A stretch of 63,734 nt of DNA, filler included. It is 6 parts of 6 records of this genome, joined end to end, with 100 filler letters (N's around TTAATTAATTAA, not from the genome) between each part and the next. Parts side by side here need not be neighbours in the genome. Positions count along the whole stretch, not along the records: positions 45,884 to 56,223 come from DRR723986_5870; positions 56,324 to 63,734 come from DRR723986_5871; 4 more parts are not named here. One strand, written 5' to 3'. The number at the start of each line of letters is the position of its first letter. The stretch's first letter is position 1. Position numbers and translations under genes: made by a program. The notes beneath the pieces were generated by a model. That model did no database searches, was not told the DNA's origin, and worked only from the letters and a program-made list of their open reading frames with translations. This document shows positions 49,505 to 59,661 of the stretch, piece by piece.

Positions 49505-50557
49505 ATGAAGCTACTGGTCACAGGGGGGGCGGGGTTTATCGGCTCGGCCGTGGTGCGGCTGGCGGTGGCGCGCGGGCATCAGGTGGTGAACCTTGATGCG
49601 CTGACCTATGCCGCCAACCTGGCCAATGTGGCGCCGGTGGCGGATAGCCCGCTTTATGCCTTTCAGCAGGCCGATATCCGCGATCGTGCGGCGCTGGATG
49701 CGGCCTTTGCCACGCACCAGCCCGATATCGTGCTGCATCTGGCGGCCGAATCCCATGTTGACCGTTCCATCGATGGGCCCGCCGATTTTATCGACACCAA
49801 TATCACCGGCACGTTCAACATGCTGGAGGCCGCGCGCAAATATTGGCAGGCGGCGGGGCGGCCAGATAGCTTTCGCTTTCATCACGTCTCGACAGACGAG
49901 GTGTTTGGCTCGCTGCCTGCAGACCCCTCCGTGCAGTTTACCGAGGCCACAGCCTACGACCCGCGCAGCCCCTATTCCGCCTCGAAAGCCGCGTCAGACC
50001 ATCTGGTGCGCGCCTGGTTTGAAACCTATGGCCTGCCCGTGGTGCTGAGCAATTGCTCGAATAATTACGGGCCCTATCACTTTCCAGAAAAGCTGATCCC
50101 GGTGGTTATTCTGAACGCGCTGGCGGGGCGGGCGCTGCCGATTTACGGCGATGGCAGCAATATCCGCGATTGGCTTTACGTCGAAGATCACGCCGATGCG
50201 CTGTTGTTGGTGGCAACGAAAGGCGCGCTGGGGCGCAGCTATAACATCGGCGGCGAGAACGAGCGCACAAACCTGCAGCTGGTGCACACGATATGCGCCA
50301 TTCTCGATCGGCTGCGCCCGCGCGATACGGGCGCTTATGCCAATTTGATCACCTTTGTCACCGACCGCCCCGGCCATGACGCGCGCTATGCCATCGACCC
50401 CACGCGCATTCGCGCCGAGCTGGGCTGGCGCCCCAGCGTGACGGTGGAAGAGGGGTTGGAACGCACCGTGCGCTGGTATCTCGAAAACGAGGCCTGGTGG
50501 CGCCCGCTGCTGGGCCGCCAGGGCGTGGGCCAGCGGCTGGGCCGGGCCGCACCATGA
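49505..50557 (+). CDS. rmlB: dTDP-glucose 4,6-dehydratase
   Basis: [35 protein letters not shown]. Confidence 0.97.
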   Translation: MKLLVTGGAGFIGSAVVRLAVARGHQVVNLDALTYAANLANVAPVADSPLYAFQQADIRDRAALDAAFATHQPDIVLHLAAESHVDRSIDGPADFIDTNITGTFNMLEAARKYWQAAGRPDSFRFHHVSTDEVFGSLPADPSVQFTEATAYDPRSPYSASKAASDHLVRAWFETYGLPVVLSNCSNNYGPYHFPEKLIPVVILNALAGRALPIYGDGSNIRDWLYVEDHADALLLVATKGALGRSYNIGGENERTNLQLVHTICAILDRLRPRDTGAYANLITFVTDRPGHDARYAIDPTRIRAELGWRPSVTVEEGLERTVRWYLENEAWWRPLLGRQGVGQRLGRAAP

Positions 50558-51420
50558 GCGGCCTGTTGATCTTTGGCCGCACGGGCCAGGTGGCGCGCGA
50601 ACTGCAGCAGCTTGCCCCTGTTCTGGCCCCGGTTTTCGCACTGGGGCGCGATGCGGCCGATCTGGCACAGCCCGGCGCCTGTGCGGCGGCCATCCACGCC
50701 TACCGCCCCCGCGCGGTGATCAATGCCGCAGCCTATACGGCCGTTGACCGTGCGGAAGCGCAGGAAGACCTTGCCACCGCCATCAACGGTGCGGCGCCGA
50801 CGGAAATGGCCCTGGCCTGCTCTGCGCTGAATATTCCCTTGGTGCATATCTCTACCGATTACGTGTTTGCTGGCACCGGCCACCGCCCTTGGGCGCCCGG
50901 TGATATGGCACAGCCCGCCAATGCCTATGGCCGCAGCAAATGGGCGGGCGAAGAGGGCATTCGCGCCAGCGGCTGCACCCATGCCATTTTGCGCACCTCG
51001 TGGGTGTTTTCCGCCCATGGTGCGAATTTTGTCAAAACCATGCTGCGCCTGTCTGACACCCGCGACCAGATCAGCGTGGTTGATGACCAAATCGGCGGCC
51101 CCACGCCGGCGCGCGCCATTGCCGCTGCCTGCCTGGCGATCGCCGAGCAGCTGCAGGAGGCGCCGGAAAAAACCGGCACCTATCATTTTAGCGGCGCGCC
51201 CGATGCCAGCTGGTGCGCCTTTGCCCGCGCGATATTCAGGCAGGCAGCCCGGCCCACCCGCGTGCAGGCGATTTCCACCAGCGCCTATCCCACGCCAGCC
51301 GCCCGCCCGCTGAACAGCCGCCTTGAGTGCAACACAACCACCTCCGTTTTTGGTTTGGCGCGCCCAGATTGGCACGCAGGGCTGAAGGAATGTTTAACAC
51401 AGTTAGGGGTATCCACATGA
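50554..51420 (+). CDS. rmlD: dTDP-4-dehydrorhamnose reductase
   Basis: [34 protein letters not shown]. Confidence 0.95.
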   Translation: MSGLLIFGRTGQVARELQQLAPVLAPVFALGRDAADLAQPGACAAAIHAYRPRAVINAAAYTAVDRAEAQEDLATAINGAAPTEMALACSALNIPLVHISTDYVFAGTGHRPWAPGDMAQPANAYGRSKWAGEEGIRASGCTHAILRTSWVFSAHGANFVKTMLRLSDTRDQISVVDDQIGGPTPARAIAAACLAIAEQLQEAPEKTGTYHFSGAPDASWCAFARAIFRQAARPTRVQAISTSAYPTPAARPLNSRLECNTTTSVFGLARPDWHAGLKECLTQLGVST

Positions 51421-52289
51421 CACAGCGCAAAGGCATTATTCTGGCCGGTGGCTCGGGCACGCGTCTTTACCCCATCACCATGGGTGTGTCGAAACAGCTG
51501 CTGCCGATTTATGACAAGCCAATGGTGTATTATCCCTTAACCGTGCTGATGCTGGCAGGCATCCGCGAGATCATGATCATCACCACCCCCCACGACCAAG
51601 AGCAGTTCATCCGCACCTTGGGCGATGGCAGCCAATGGGGCATCGCGCTGCAGTATAAGGTGCAGCCCAGCCCCGATGGGCTGGCGCAGGCCTTTATTCT
51701 GGCCGAAGAGTTTTTGGCCGGCAGCCCTGCGGCTATGGTGCTGGGCGATAACATCTTTTTTGGCCACGGCCTGCCGAACCTTTTGCAAGCGGCAGATCAA
51801 ACCACCGCCGGCGCCACGGTATTTGGCTACCGCGTGTCAGACCCGGAGCGCTACGGCGTGGTGGATTTTGACGCCAATGGCACGGTCAAAAGCATCATCG
51901 AAAAGCCGCCCGTGCCGCCCTCGAACTATGCCGTGACGGGGCTTTATTTTGTCGATGCCACAGCGCCCGAACGCGCCCGCGCGGTGCGCCCCTCGGCCCG
52001 GGGCGAGCTGGAGATCACCACGCTTTTGGAAAGCTACCTGCACGACGGCCAGCTCACCGTGCAAAAAATGGGCCGCGGCTATGCCTGGCTAGATACCGGC
52101 ACCCACGCCAGCCTGCTGGACGCCGGCAATTTTGTGCGCACCCTGACCGAACGCCAAGGCCAGCAAGTGGGCAGCCCCGATGAGGTGGCGTATGAGATGG
52201 GCTGGATCAGCAAACCCCAACTACAGGCCCGCGCAGAGCAGTTTGGCAAAAATACATATGGGGCATACCTAACGGGCCTGGCGCGCTAA
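51417..52289 (+). CDS. rmlA: Glucose-1-phosphate thymidylyltransferase
   Basis: [39 protein letters not shown]. Confidence 0.97.
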   Translation: MTQRKGIILAGGSGTRLYPITMGVSKQLLPIYDKPMVYYPLTVLMLAGIREIMIITTPHDQEQFIRTLGDGSQWGIALQYKVQPSPDGLAQAFILAEEFLAGSPAAMVLGDNIFFGHGLPNLLQAADQTTAGATVFGYRVSDPERYGVVDFDANGTVKSIIEKPPVPPSNYAVTGLYFVDATAPERARAVRPSARGELEITTLLESYLHDGQLTVQKMGRGYAWLDTGTHASLLDAGNFVRTLTERQGQQVGSPDEVAYEMGWISKPQLQARAEQFGKNTYGAYLTGLAR

Positions 52290-53185
52290 CCAAAGCCCAG
52301 CAGCCCCAAAACCAGCGGCAAGCTGGCCATCGCCGCCAGCGTTTGCGCTGTGACCAGCCCCGCCATCAATGTGCCATCGCCCCCCATTTTGCGCGTCAGC
52401 ACATAGGCGGTGGGGGCCGTGGGCACCGCAGAAAACACCACCAGCACCAGCGTGGCGCTGTGACCCAGCCCAAAGGCCTGCGCCACCATCATCGCGGCCA
52501 GCGGCATTGCTGCCAGCCGCAGCACCGACAGCACCACCAGCGCCAGCCCATCGCCCCGCAGCGCCGATGGGCGCAGCGCCGCGCCCACACATAACAGCCC
52601 CAGCGGCAAGCTGCCCTGCCCCAAAAGCCGCAGCAGATCCAGCCCGCCGGGGGGCAGCGCCCATTGGAAATAGGCCAGGCCAAACCCCGCCACGCAGGCC
52701 ATGATCAGCGGGTTGGCAATAACCGCGCGCAAAATCGGCCAGGGGCGCACAGCGCCAGACAGCGCCACCACCGCCAGCACATTCACCAAGGGCACCGCCA
52801 CAGCCAGATATACCGCCGCCTGCGCCAGCCCATCGCGCGTGGCCAAAACGGATAAAACGGCCAAGGCCAGATAGGTGTTAAACCGCACCACCCCCTGCAC
52901 CGCAGGGCCAAAACGCGCAGGCGCCATCGGGCGCAGCCAGCGCCAGGCCATCAGCACAACGCCCGCCGCCACAATAAGCACCGCCGCCGCAGCCCCCAGG
53001 CGCGGCAATTCGGGGCTGTGCAGCGGGGCCTGCGCCAGGCTGGACAACAGCAGCGCCGGAAACAGCAAAAAGTAGTTCAGGCTTTCCGCCGCAGGCCAAA
53101 ACCCTGCCCCGGGCAGATCGCGCCGCGCCATCAGATAGCCGATGCAAATCAGCGCAAAAACCGGCCAGATGGCAATGATCAGCAT
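52286..53185 (-). CDS. AEC (auxin efflux carrier) family transporter
   Basis: About 10 TMs; [31 protein letters not shown]. Confidence 0.88.
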   Translation of the reverse strand: MLIIAIWPVFALICIGYLMARRDLPGAGFWPAAESLNYFLLFPALLLSSLAQAPLHSPELPRLGAAAAVLIVAAGVVLMAWRWLRPMAPARFGPAVQGVVRFNTYLALAVLSVLATRDGLAQAAVYLAVAVPLVNVLAVVALSGAVRPWPILRAVIANPLIMACVAGFGLAYFQWALPPGGLDLLRLLGQGSLPLGLLCVGAALRPSALRGDGLALVVLSVLRLAAMPLAAMMVAQAFGLGHSATLVLVVFSAVPTAPTAYVLTRKMGGDGTLMAGLVTAQTLAAMASLPLVLGLLGFG

Positions 53186-53200
53186 TGGGGTATTCTGCCT

Positions 53201-54601
53201 TTAGGCCCAATCGGGCGTGGCCACATCGGGGGCGGGGCTGGCTGCCTCGATCGCACGGCCCGCCGCCAGCAAAATATCCTCGCGCCAGCGTGCGGCCACC
53301 AGCTGCACGCCCAAGGGCTGGCCATTGTGGCTGCCTGTGGCAAGCGCCAAAGCAGGCATACCCAAAGCGGGCAGGCCACGCTGGGTGAGCTGCGCCTCGT
53401 AAACGGCGTCGAATGCCTCGGGCGAGGCCACATCTTGTTGCTGGGCAAAGGGCAGCTGGCCAGACACCGGGCATAAAAACAGCGGATGCTGGGCCAAGAA
53501 CATATCCCATTGCCGCACCAGCCCGGCCCGCGCCTGCAAGGCCTGCATCAATTCGGCAAAGCCCACAGGCCCCACGTGGCGCGACATTTGCTGAAAGGCA
53601 AAGCTGGCATCGGGGTCGCCCTCGCGGGCAATCATATCGGCGGCGCCAAACTGCGTCTCGCCCATCCATAGCTGTCCGTTCAGCTCGGCTGCGGCGCGCA
53701 TGGGGGGGCAATCAAGCTCTTCGACGATCCAGCCGGCATCGCGCAGCACATCCGCCGCTGTGGCCAAAGCCGCCTGCACCGCGGGCACCACGGGCATGCC
53801 ATCGGGGGCAAAGCACACCGCCGCACGCCATTCATAGGGCGCGCCTTGCAAAGGTGCGGGCACATACCACGGATCGCGCGGGTCGGGCTGGGCCATGGCC
53901 GCCAGCCCCAGGCCAATATCGGCCATGCTGCGCGCAATCGGCCCCGACACGGCCATCATCTGCGCGCCAATAAACCTGTCTGCCCCGCTGGCATTATAGG
54001 CCGGAATACGCCCCACAGTGGGGCGCAGCCCATGCAGCCCACAGGCATAGGCCGGGTAGCGGATCGAGCCGGCAATATCAGTGCCATGGCCCAAGGCACA
54101 TAGCCCCGCCGCCACAGCCGAGGCCGCCCCCCCAGACGAGCCGCCGGGCGTCAGCGTCATATTGCGCGGGTTCAAGGTTTGGCCATGCAGCTGATTGTTG
54201 GTAAACCAGCGCAGCGAAAACGCAGGCGTGTTGGTGCGCCCCACAATCACCGCCCCCGCGCGGCGCAAATTGGCCACCACGGGGCTGTCGGTTTCGGCCA
54301 CCAACCCCTGTTGCAGGCGCAGCCCATTGGTGGTGGCATGGCCCGCTTGATCGACATTCACCTTGATCGTCACCGGCACGCCCGCCATTGGCCCCAGGTC
54401 TTGGCCCTGGGCACGCGCCGCATCGATCTGGGCTGCGGTGGCCAGGGCCTCGGCCTCGCAAGGCTGCACTATGGCGTTAATCGCCGGGTTCACAGCCGCG
54501 ATCCGCGCCAGATGGGCTGTGGCCACTTCGGTGGCGCTTAGCGCGCCTTGGCGCACCGCTTGGGCAATTTCTGTGGCCCCCATTTGCCAGATCTCGGTCA
54601 T
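53201..54601 (-). CDS. Amidase signature family protein
   Basis: GVPVTIK; GGSSGG; GTDIAGSIRYPA (Ser-cisSer-Lys triad). Confidence 0.93.
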   Translation of the reverse strand: MTEIWQMGATEIAQAVRQGALSATEVATAHLARIAAVNPAINAIVQPCEAEALATAAQIDAARAQGQDLGPMAGVPVTIKVNVDQAGHATTNGLRLQQGLVAETDSPVVANLRRAGAVIVGRTNTPAFSLRWFTNNQLHGQTLNPRNMTLTPGGSSGGAASAVAAGLCALGHGTDIAGSIRYPAYACGLHGLRPTVGRIPAYNASGADRFIGAQMMAVSGPIARSMADIGLGLAAMAQPDPRDPWYVPAPLQGAPYEWRAAVCFAPDGMPVVPAVQAALATAADVLRDAGWIVEELDCPPMRAAAELNGQLWMGETQFGAADMIAREGDPDASFAFQQMSRHVGPVGFAELMQALQARAGLVRQWDMFLAQHPLFLCPVSGQLPFAQQQDVASPEAFDAVYEAQLTQRGLPALGMPALALATGSHNGQPLGVQLVAARWREDILLAAGRAIEAASPAPDVATPDWA

Positions 54602-54686
54602 TGGCTTGGCTCCTTCACAGGTGTGTGCCCCACCCTAGGGGCAAGCGGGCCAGCCTGCCAAGCACCGGAAACTACGGGGTGTGGGC

Positions 54687-55769
54687 CTAGTCGCTGCGCG
54701 CCGGGTCGTATTGCTGGCGCTTGCGCTGGTAATAAGGCTCGTCCGGGTTGATCTGTGACAGCAGGCTGTAGCCCTGAAAATTGGCACGGCGGTTGGCGGC
54801 GGGGATGGGCTTTATCGCCTCGATCGCGGCCTGTTCCAGCAGGCGCAATTCTTTGGGGCTTAGCTGATATTCACGCGAGAGCTGGGCAAACAGATCTTGG
54901 GCTGCATCCAGATCTTTGCGCGCGATCACCCGGGCCAATTCCTGCACGCGTTTGGGGCGGCGATAATCGCGCAACTCAACAGCCGTGTCGCGCAGCGCGG
55001 CCTCGGCCCGGGCCAATTGGGCGCGCAGGCCATCAATTTCGGTTTTCTGCGCTGCTAACTGCGCGCTCATTTCCGCAATCACCCCTTCCAGCGCGGTTGC
55101 ATTTTCCTGCGCCTGCAGTTGCAATTGGCTATATTCATCGGCCAGCTTCCAGCATTCGGCGCTGTTGCGCTGATCGGGGGCGGCCTTGGCCAAAATCTGC
55201 TCGATCGCTTCTAGACGGCGCAGTTTTGGCACGCTTTCGCTGTAGGCGCGGGCGTAAAACGCGCCCGAGGCCAGATCGAGGTTGCGCTGAAACTGTGCCT
55301 TAAGCTGTGCCAGCTTTGGGTTTGGCGCGCGCAGTTTTGGCTCAAACCCCTGCGCAACCGAGGCCTTTATGCCATTCACCTGTGCCCAGCATTGGTTGGC
55401 CATCAGGTTAATCTGCCCGTCCATATAGGCACGCAATTCAGCCGCCTCGGCCCCAGCATAGCCATCCACAACCAGCATTTGCCCCGCAACAGCCAGGGCT
55501 TGCACCTGGGTTGCTGTGGCCTGGCACTGCACCGCCTGCGCGGGCCAGTCCAGCCGGTAGGCGCCACCGCCCATCGCGGTTTCCTCTGCGCCGTTTTCAG
55601 GCAGCGACAACCCCGCAAACGCGCGTGCCGCTTGCACGCATTGCGCATAAGGGTTGGCCCCAGCCATAGTGCCAAACACACCAGCCGCGCAGCATAGCGC
55701 CAGCGCCAGAATACTGCGTTGTATTTTGGGGGCGGGGCAGCCAATGGCCTGTGCAAGCAGCGATGGCAT
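54687..55769 (-). CDS. Hypothetical exported coiled-coil protein
   Basis: Hydrophobic signal-like segment; heptad-rich centre; codon pattern like neighbouring genes. Confidence 0.65.
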   Translation of the reverse strand: MPSLLAQAIGCPAPKIQRSILALALCCAAGVFGTMAGANPYAQCVQAARAFAGLSLPENGAEETAMGGGAYRLDWPAQAVQCQATATQVQALAVAGQMLVVDGYAGAEAAELRAYMDGQINLMANQCWAQVNGIKASVAQGFEPKLRAPNPKLAQLKAQFQRNLDLASGAFYARAYSESVPKLRRLEAIEQILAKAAPDQRNSAECWKLADEYSQLQLQAQENATALEGVIAEMSAQLAAQKTEIDGLRAQLARAEAALRDTAVELRDYRRPKRVQELARVIARKDLDAAQDLFAQLSREYQLSPKELRLLEQAAIEAIKPIPAANRRANFQGYSLLSQINPDEPYYQRKRQQYDPARSD

Positions 55770-55940
55770 TTTTGTTTTTCCTGTCCGAACATCAGGGCTT
55801 TGGCGGAAAAATGCAAAAACAAGTAAAACACAGCCAGGTGCAAGCCGCACCCGGCGGCCCCTATAGGCCCCGTTTCAGCGCCGCTTGTCTACCATCTTTT
55901 GCCACATCTCGGGTTGGTTGGCGGGAAGCTGCCTGCGCCC

Positions 55941-56222
55941 CTAAACCCCAAGATAGCTGGCACGCGCCGTTTCATCGGCGCGCAGCGCATCGCCACTGCC
56001 CGCCCACACAACACGGCCACGCTGGATAATATAGTGGCGATCTGCCAGGCGCAGCAGATCTTGCAGGTTTTTATCGACCACCAAAATCGACAGCCCGGTT
56101 GCCCGAATTTCGGCCAAGGCGGCCCAGATTTTCTGGCGGATCAGCGGGGCCAGCCCCTCGGTGGCCTCGTCCAAAATCAACAGGCGCGGGTTTGTCATCA
56201 GCGCCCGGCCAATGGCCAGCAT
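55941..56222 (-). CDS. Branched-chain amino acid ABC ATPase LivF-like, 3' fragment
   Basis: MLAIGRALMTNPRLLILDEATEGLAP..YLGV. Confidence 0.88.
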   Translation of the reverse strand: MLAIGRALMTNPRLLILDEATEGLAPLIRQKIWAALAEIRATGLSILVVDKNLQDLLRLADRHYIIQRGRVVWAGSGDALRADETARASYLGV

Positions 56223-56223
56223 C

Positions 56224-56323
56224 NNNNNNNNNNNNNNNNNNNNNNNNNNNNNNNNNNNNNNNNNNNNTTAATTAATTAANNNNNNNNNNNNNNNNNNNNN
56301 NNNNNNNNNNNNNNNNNNNNNNN
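56224..56323. other. Artificial contig linker
   Basis: N44-TTAATTAATTAA-N44. Confidence 0.99.
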
Positions 56324-56647
56324 ATGCTGCGCACCATGGCCGCGGCCTATGAGGTGGCGCAGCTGCGGGGGGTGGCGCTGCACCCGGCGCAGCTGATCTG
56401 GCTGGCCACCGAAGGCTCGGCCCGGGCGCTGCGGCTGCAGGGGCAGATCGGCACATTGGCCGTGGGCAGCGAGGCCGATATCGTGGCGCTGGATCTGGCA
56501 TCAACCCCCGCCATCGCCCAGCGCGCAGATCGCGCAGGCGATATTTGGGAGGCGCTGTTTCCCACGATCATGATGGGCGATGATCGCGCCATAGGCGCCA
56601 CCTATGTGGCCGGCACCCTGAAAGCGGGGCGCATGGCCGCAGCTTAG
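56324..56647 (+). CDS. guaD: Guanine deaminase, 3' fragment
   Basis: LRTMAAAYEVAQL; IGTL..GSEAD; MMGDDRAI..TYVAG. Confidence 0.88.
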   Translation: MLRTMAAAYEVAQLRGVALHPAQLIWLATEGSARALRLQGQIGTLAVGSEADIVALDLASTPAIAQRADRAGDIWEALFPTIMMGDDRAIGATYVAGTLKAGRMAAA

Positions 56648-57552
56648 GATGCGTTGCGCAAATTCAGCGTATGCTGGCGCAGCCACGCCATAAAGGCGCG
56701 CGGGTCTTGGCTGCGTTCGGCGCATTCATCGGGGCTGATCGCGTGGCCGATCACAGGTTTTTGTGCCTTGTCAAAGGCATGCACCACCTCGTGCAGCAAC
56801 AGGCCCTGGCGCAGCACCGGCGAGATACGGTTGGCCACCTGATACCAGCGCGAATTTGCACCGGGGAAAAACAGCGGCACCACCGTTGCCCCCGAGCGGC
56901 GTATCATCTTGGCGGTAAACACGTTCCATTCGGCCTCTTTCACCGGGCCAAACATGCTGTCTGACGTGGCCACCACCCCGGAAGGAAACAGCGCAATCAG
57001 CCCACCTTCGGCCAAATGCCCCATGGCGCGGCTGCGCATTTCCAGCATTTTTTCCTGGGCGTCGGGTTGGTGGGGGAAGGGCACCGGTATCATGTAGCTG
57101 GCCGCGCTTTCATCGATCCCGGTCAAAAGCGAGCGGGTCAAAATGCGGTAATCATTGCGCACCCGACCAATGAGATCGGCCAAAATCATACCATCCACCA
57201 AACCATGCGGATGATTGGCCACCAACACAACCGGGCCGGTTTTGGGAATGCGGGCCAATTCTTCGGCCGGGGTTTGCAGGCGAATGCCCATCACATCCAT
57301 GGTGGCGGGCCAAAACGCCTGCCCCGTGGGGGCGCCGCGGCGTTCAAATTCGCGAATGCGGCGCACGATGGTCCATTTGCCAGTTAACCATTCGAGGGCG
57401 CGAATAACGCTGGCCGTTAGTGGCGCATCAAAAGTATTGGCATAGGTCAGACTGCGGCGGTCATATTTCGTATATACCACCCCGGCCCCATCCTGGGGCT
57501 TGGCACCATTATTCACACCGTCTACCACGTGGTTCCGCATTCCTGTTGGCAT
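56644..57552 (-). CDS. Lysophospholipid acyltransferase family protein
   Basis: VANHPHGLVDG (HX4D-like); LFPSG. Confidence 0.85.
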   Translation of the reverse strand: MPTGMRNHVVDGVNNGAKPQDGAGVVYTKYDRRSLTYANTFDAPLTASVIRALEWLTGKWTIVRRIREFERRGAPTGQAFWPATMDVMGIRLQTPAEELARIPKTGPVVLVANHPHGLVDGMILADLIGRVRNDYRILTRSLLTGIDESAASYMIPVPFPHQPDAQEKMLEMRSRAMGHLAEGGLIALFPSGVVATSDSMFGPVKEAEWNVFTAKMIRRSGATVVPLFFPGANSRWYQVANRISPVLRQGLLLHEVVHAFDKAQKPVIGHAISPDECAERSQDPRAFMAWLRQHTLNLRNAS

Positions 57553-57572
57553 AGGGCTCGGGCCCTTTGCTT

Positions 57573-57851
57573 TTACATGTCTTCGCCGAACCTGTCTGCC
57601 ACCAGTGCCTCGATCGCATCGGCCAAGGCCAAGGCATCCGGGCCCGACGTTTGCACGTCAATAGTGGTTCCTTTGGATGCTGCCAACATCAAAAGCCCCA
57701 TGATACTGTCGCCACAGGCCGATAGCCCATCGCGCGCCACATCTGCGCGCGCATCGAACCCTTCAACTACCTCAACCAGCTTGGCCGAGGCGCGGGCGTG
57801 CAGCCCCTTTTCATTGATGATGCGCAAAATGCGCTGCACCGTCTCGGACAT
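57573..57851 (-). CDS. ptsH: HPr-family phosphocarrier (NPr/HPr)
   Basis: NEKGLHARAS; SIMGLLML. Confidence 0.92.
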   Translation of the reverse strand: MSETVQRILRIINEKGLHARASAKLVEVVEGFDARADVARDGLSACGDSIMGLLMLAASKGTTIDVQTSGPDALALADAIEALVADRFGEDM

Positions 57852-57857
57852 TGCGGG

Positions 57858-58250
57858 CTATTCCTTGCTAAAGCTTTGACTATCAATATATTTTCTACCC
57901 GCCTCGGTGGCGGCGCGCACTGCATCGGCCAGCGGCATGTGGCGGGATTTGGCCAGTTTGATCAACATCGGCAGGTTGGCCCCATATAAAAACCGCCGCC
58001 CCGATGCCTCGCAGGCGCGCATCGACAGGTTCGAGGGCGAGCCGCCGAACATATCTGTCACCAAAACCACACCATCGCCTTGGTCAACCATATCGGCTGC
58101 GGCCTGAATTTCGGCCTGCTTGGCCTCGCGGTCGTGGTTTGCCTCGATCGCGATGGCGCGCATGCCAGCCTGAACGCCCACCACATGCTCGACTGCTGCC
58201 AGATATTCACGCGCCAACCCGCCATGAGCGACGATCACGATCCCGATCAA
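57858..58250 (-). CDS. manX: PTS EIIA mannose/fructose-type component (TTG start)
   Basis: [29 protein letters not shown]. Confidence 0.9.
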   Translation of the reverse strand: MIGIVIVAHGGLAREYLAAVEHVVGVQAGMRAIAIEANHDREAKQAEIQAAADMVDQGDGVVLVTDMFGGSPSNLSMRACEASGRRFLYGANLPMLIKLAKSRHMPLADAVRAATEAGRKYIDSQSFSKE

Positions 58251-59179
58251 ACCTGTGCGTCCTTGTTCTGCAGGCCGGCATCTGCCCCGCTGGGTGCGTG
58301 GCCAGTGCGGCGTTCCATTTCCCGATGCCTTATTGACACTGGCCAGCCCATATCTGCAAGCTTTTTGCCCAGCATTTCGCATATCGCCACCGAACGGTGC
58401 TGCCCACCCGAGCAGCCAAAGCCAATGGCCAAATGCGCCTTGCCCTCGTCGGCATAGGCGGGCAGCAAAATGCCAGCCAGCCCTAAAACATGCTGAAATA
58501 CCGCATCAAACCTGGGGTCTTGGGCCACGTAATCGGCCACGCGTGCATCGCGCCCATCCAGCGCGCGCAGCTCGGCCACCCAATAGGGGTTGCGCAAAAA
58601 CCGCACATCCAAAACCACATCTAACCCCCGGGGCAAGCCGCGTTTGTAGGAAAACGAATTCAGCGTCACCGCCAAACTGCGCCCCAGTTCACGGCCCAAC
58701 AGGCGATGCACCTCGTCGCGCAGCTGGTGGGGCGACAGATCTGAGGTATCAATCAAGATATCTGCGCGCCCACGGATGGGCACCAACAGGTCTTTTTCGC
58801 GGGCGATGCCGGTTTCAGGGTCTTCGGCCGGGGCCAGCGGGTGCCGGCGGCGGGTGGCGGAAAAGCGCTGGCCCAGCACATCGTCGCGGCAATCAAGATA
58901 AACAATTTCTGCGGCGATACCGGGCCATTTGCCCAGCTGATCGATGGTTTCGATCAGCGCGTTGGTGGAAAAATCGCGGTTGCGCACATCCAGCCCCAAG
59001 GCCAGCGGGCGGGCGCTGGCAGGCCCTTGCAAAAGCCGCGGCAACAGCGACAGGGGCAGGTTATCGATGGCCTCAAAGCCAATATCCTCGAGCACATTAA
59101 TCGCGGTCGATCGCCCCGCCCCCGAAGGGCCGGTCACCAAAATCACCCGGCTTGTTTGCTCTGCGGGGGGCAATGCCAT
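58247..59179 (-). CDS. rapZ: RNase adapter RapZ
   Basis: [39 protein letters not shown]. Confidence 0.95.
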   Translation of the reverse strand: MALPPAEQTSRVILVTGPSGAGRSTAINVLEDIGFEAIDNLPLSLLPRLLQGPASARPLALGLDVRNRDFSTNALIETIDQLGKWPGIAAEIVYLDCRDDVLGQRFSATRRRHPLAPAEDPETGIAREKDLLVPIRGRADILIDTSDLSPHQLRDEVHRLLGRELGRSLAVTLNSFSYKRGLPRGLDVVLDVRFLRNPYWVAELRALDGRDARVADYVAQDPRFDAVFQHVLGLAGILLPAYADEGKAHLAIGFGCSGGQHRSVAICEMLGKKLADMGWPVSIRHREMERRTGHAPSGADAGLQNKDAQV

Positions 59180-59180
59180 G

Positions 59181-59615
59181 TTATTCACTCCTGCCCACAG
59201 CCAGATATTGCAGAATCGCTGCAGGAAAATACGCGCTGTCAACATTGTGAAGCACGCGCCGGCTAAGGCCAAGGCAACTGCACTGGCGCATTGGGGGTAG
59301 GCGCTGGGTTTCTTTTTGCGCCAGATCCACCCACAAGCGCAGGGGCGCAGGCCCATTGGCGCGTGCGTTCAAAATACCCACGCCACGCGCCTCGATGCGC
59401 CCACGCAAGGGCGCGGGGGCATCGGCCATCAGCTGGCCATCTTGGCGCCACAGGCATGTGCGGTCATCGGCCACCAAAGCGGCCCCTAGCGCCATCATTT
59501 GCAGCGCCAAGCCAGATTTGCCCTGCCCCGATGGGCCCAATATGCCCACCGCAGCGCCGCCAAACGCCACGCAGCTGGCGTGAATGATCAGGGGTGTATC
59601 TGGCCCATGGCCCAA
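59181..59615 (-). CDS. hprK: Short HPr kinase/phosphorylase (start uncertain, TTG assumed)
   Basis: [26 protein letters not shown]. Confidence 0.88.
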   Translation of the reverse strand: MGHGPDTPLIIHASCVAFGGAAVGILGPSGQGKSGLALQMMALGAALVADDRTCLWRQDGQLMADAPAPLRGRIEARGVGILNARANGPAPLRLWVDLAQKETQRLPPMRQCSCLGLSRRVLHNVDSAYFPAAILQYLAVGRSE

Positions 59616-59661
59616 CTGCCCGGGTTCTGGTGCCCCTGTGGCATGGGCGAAATAAGCGGTT

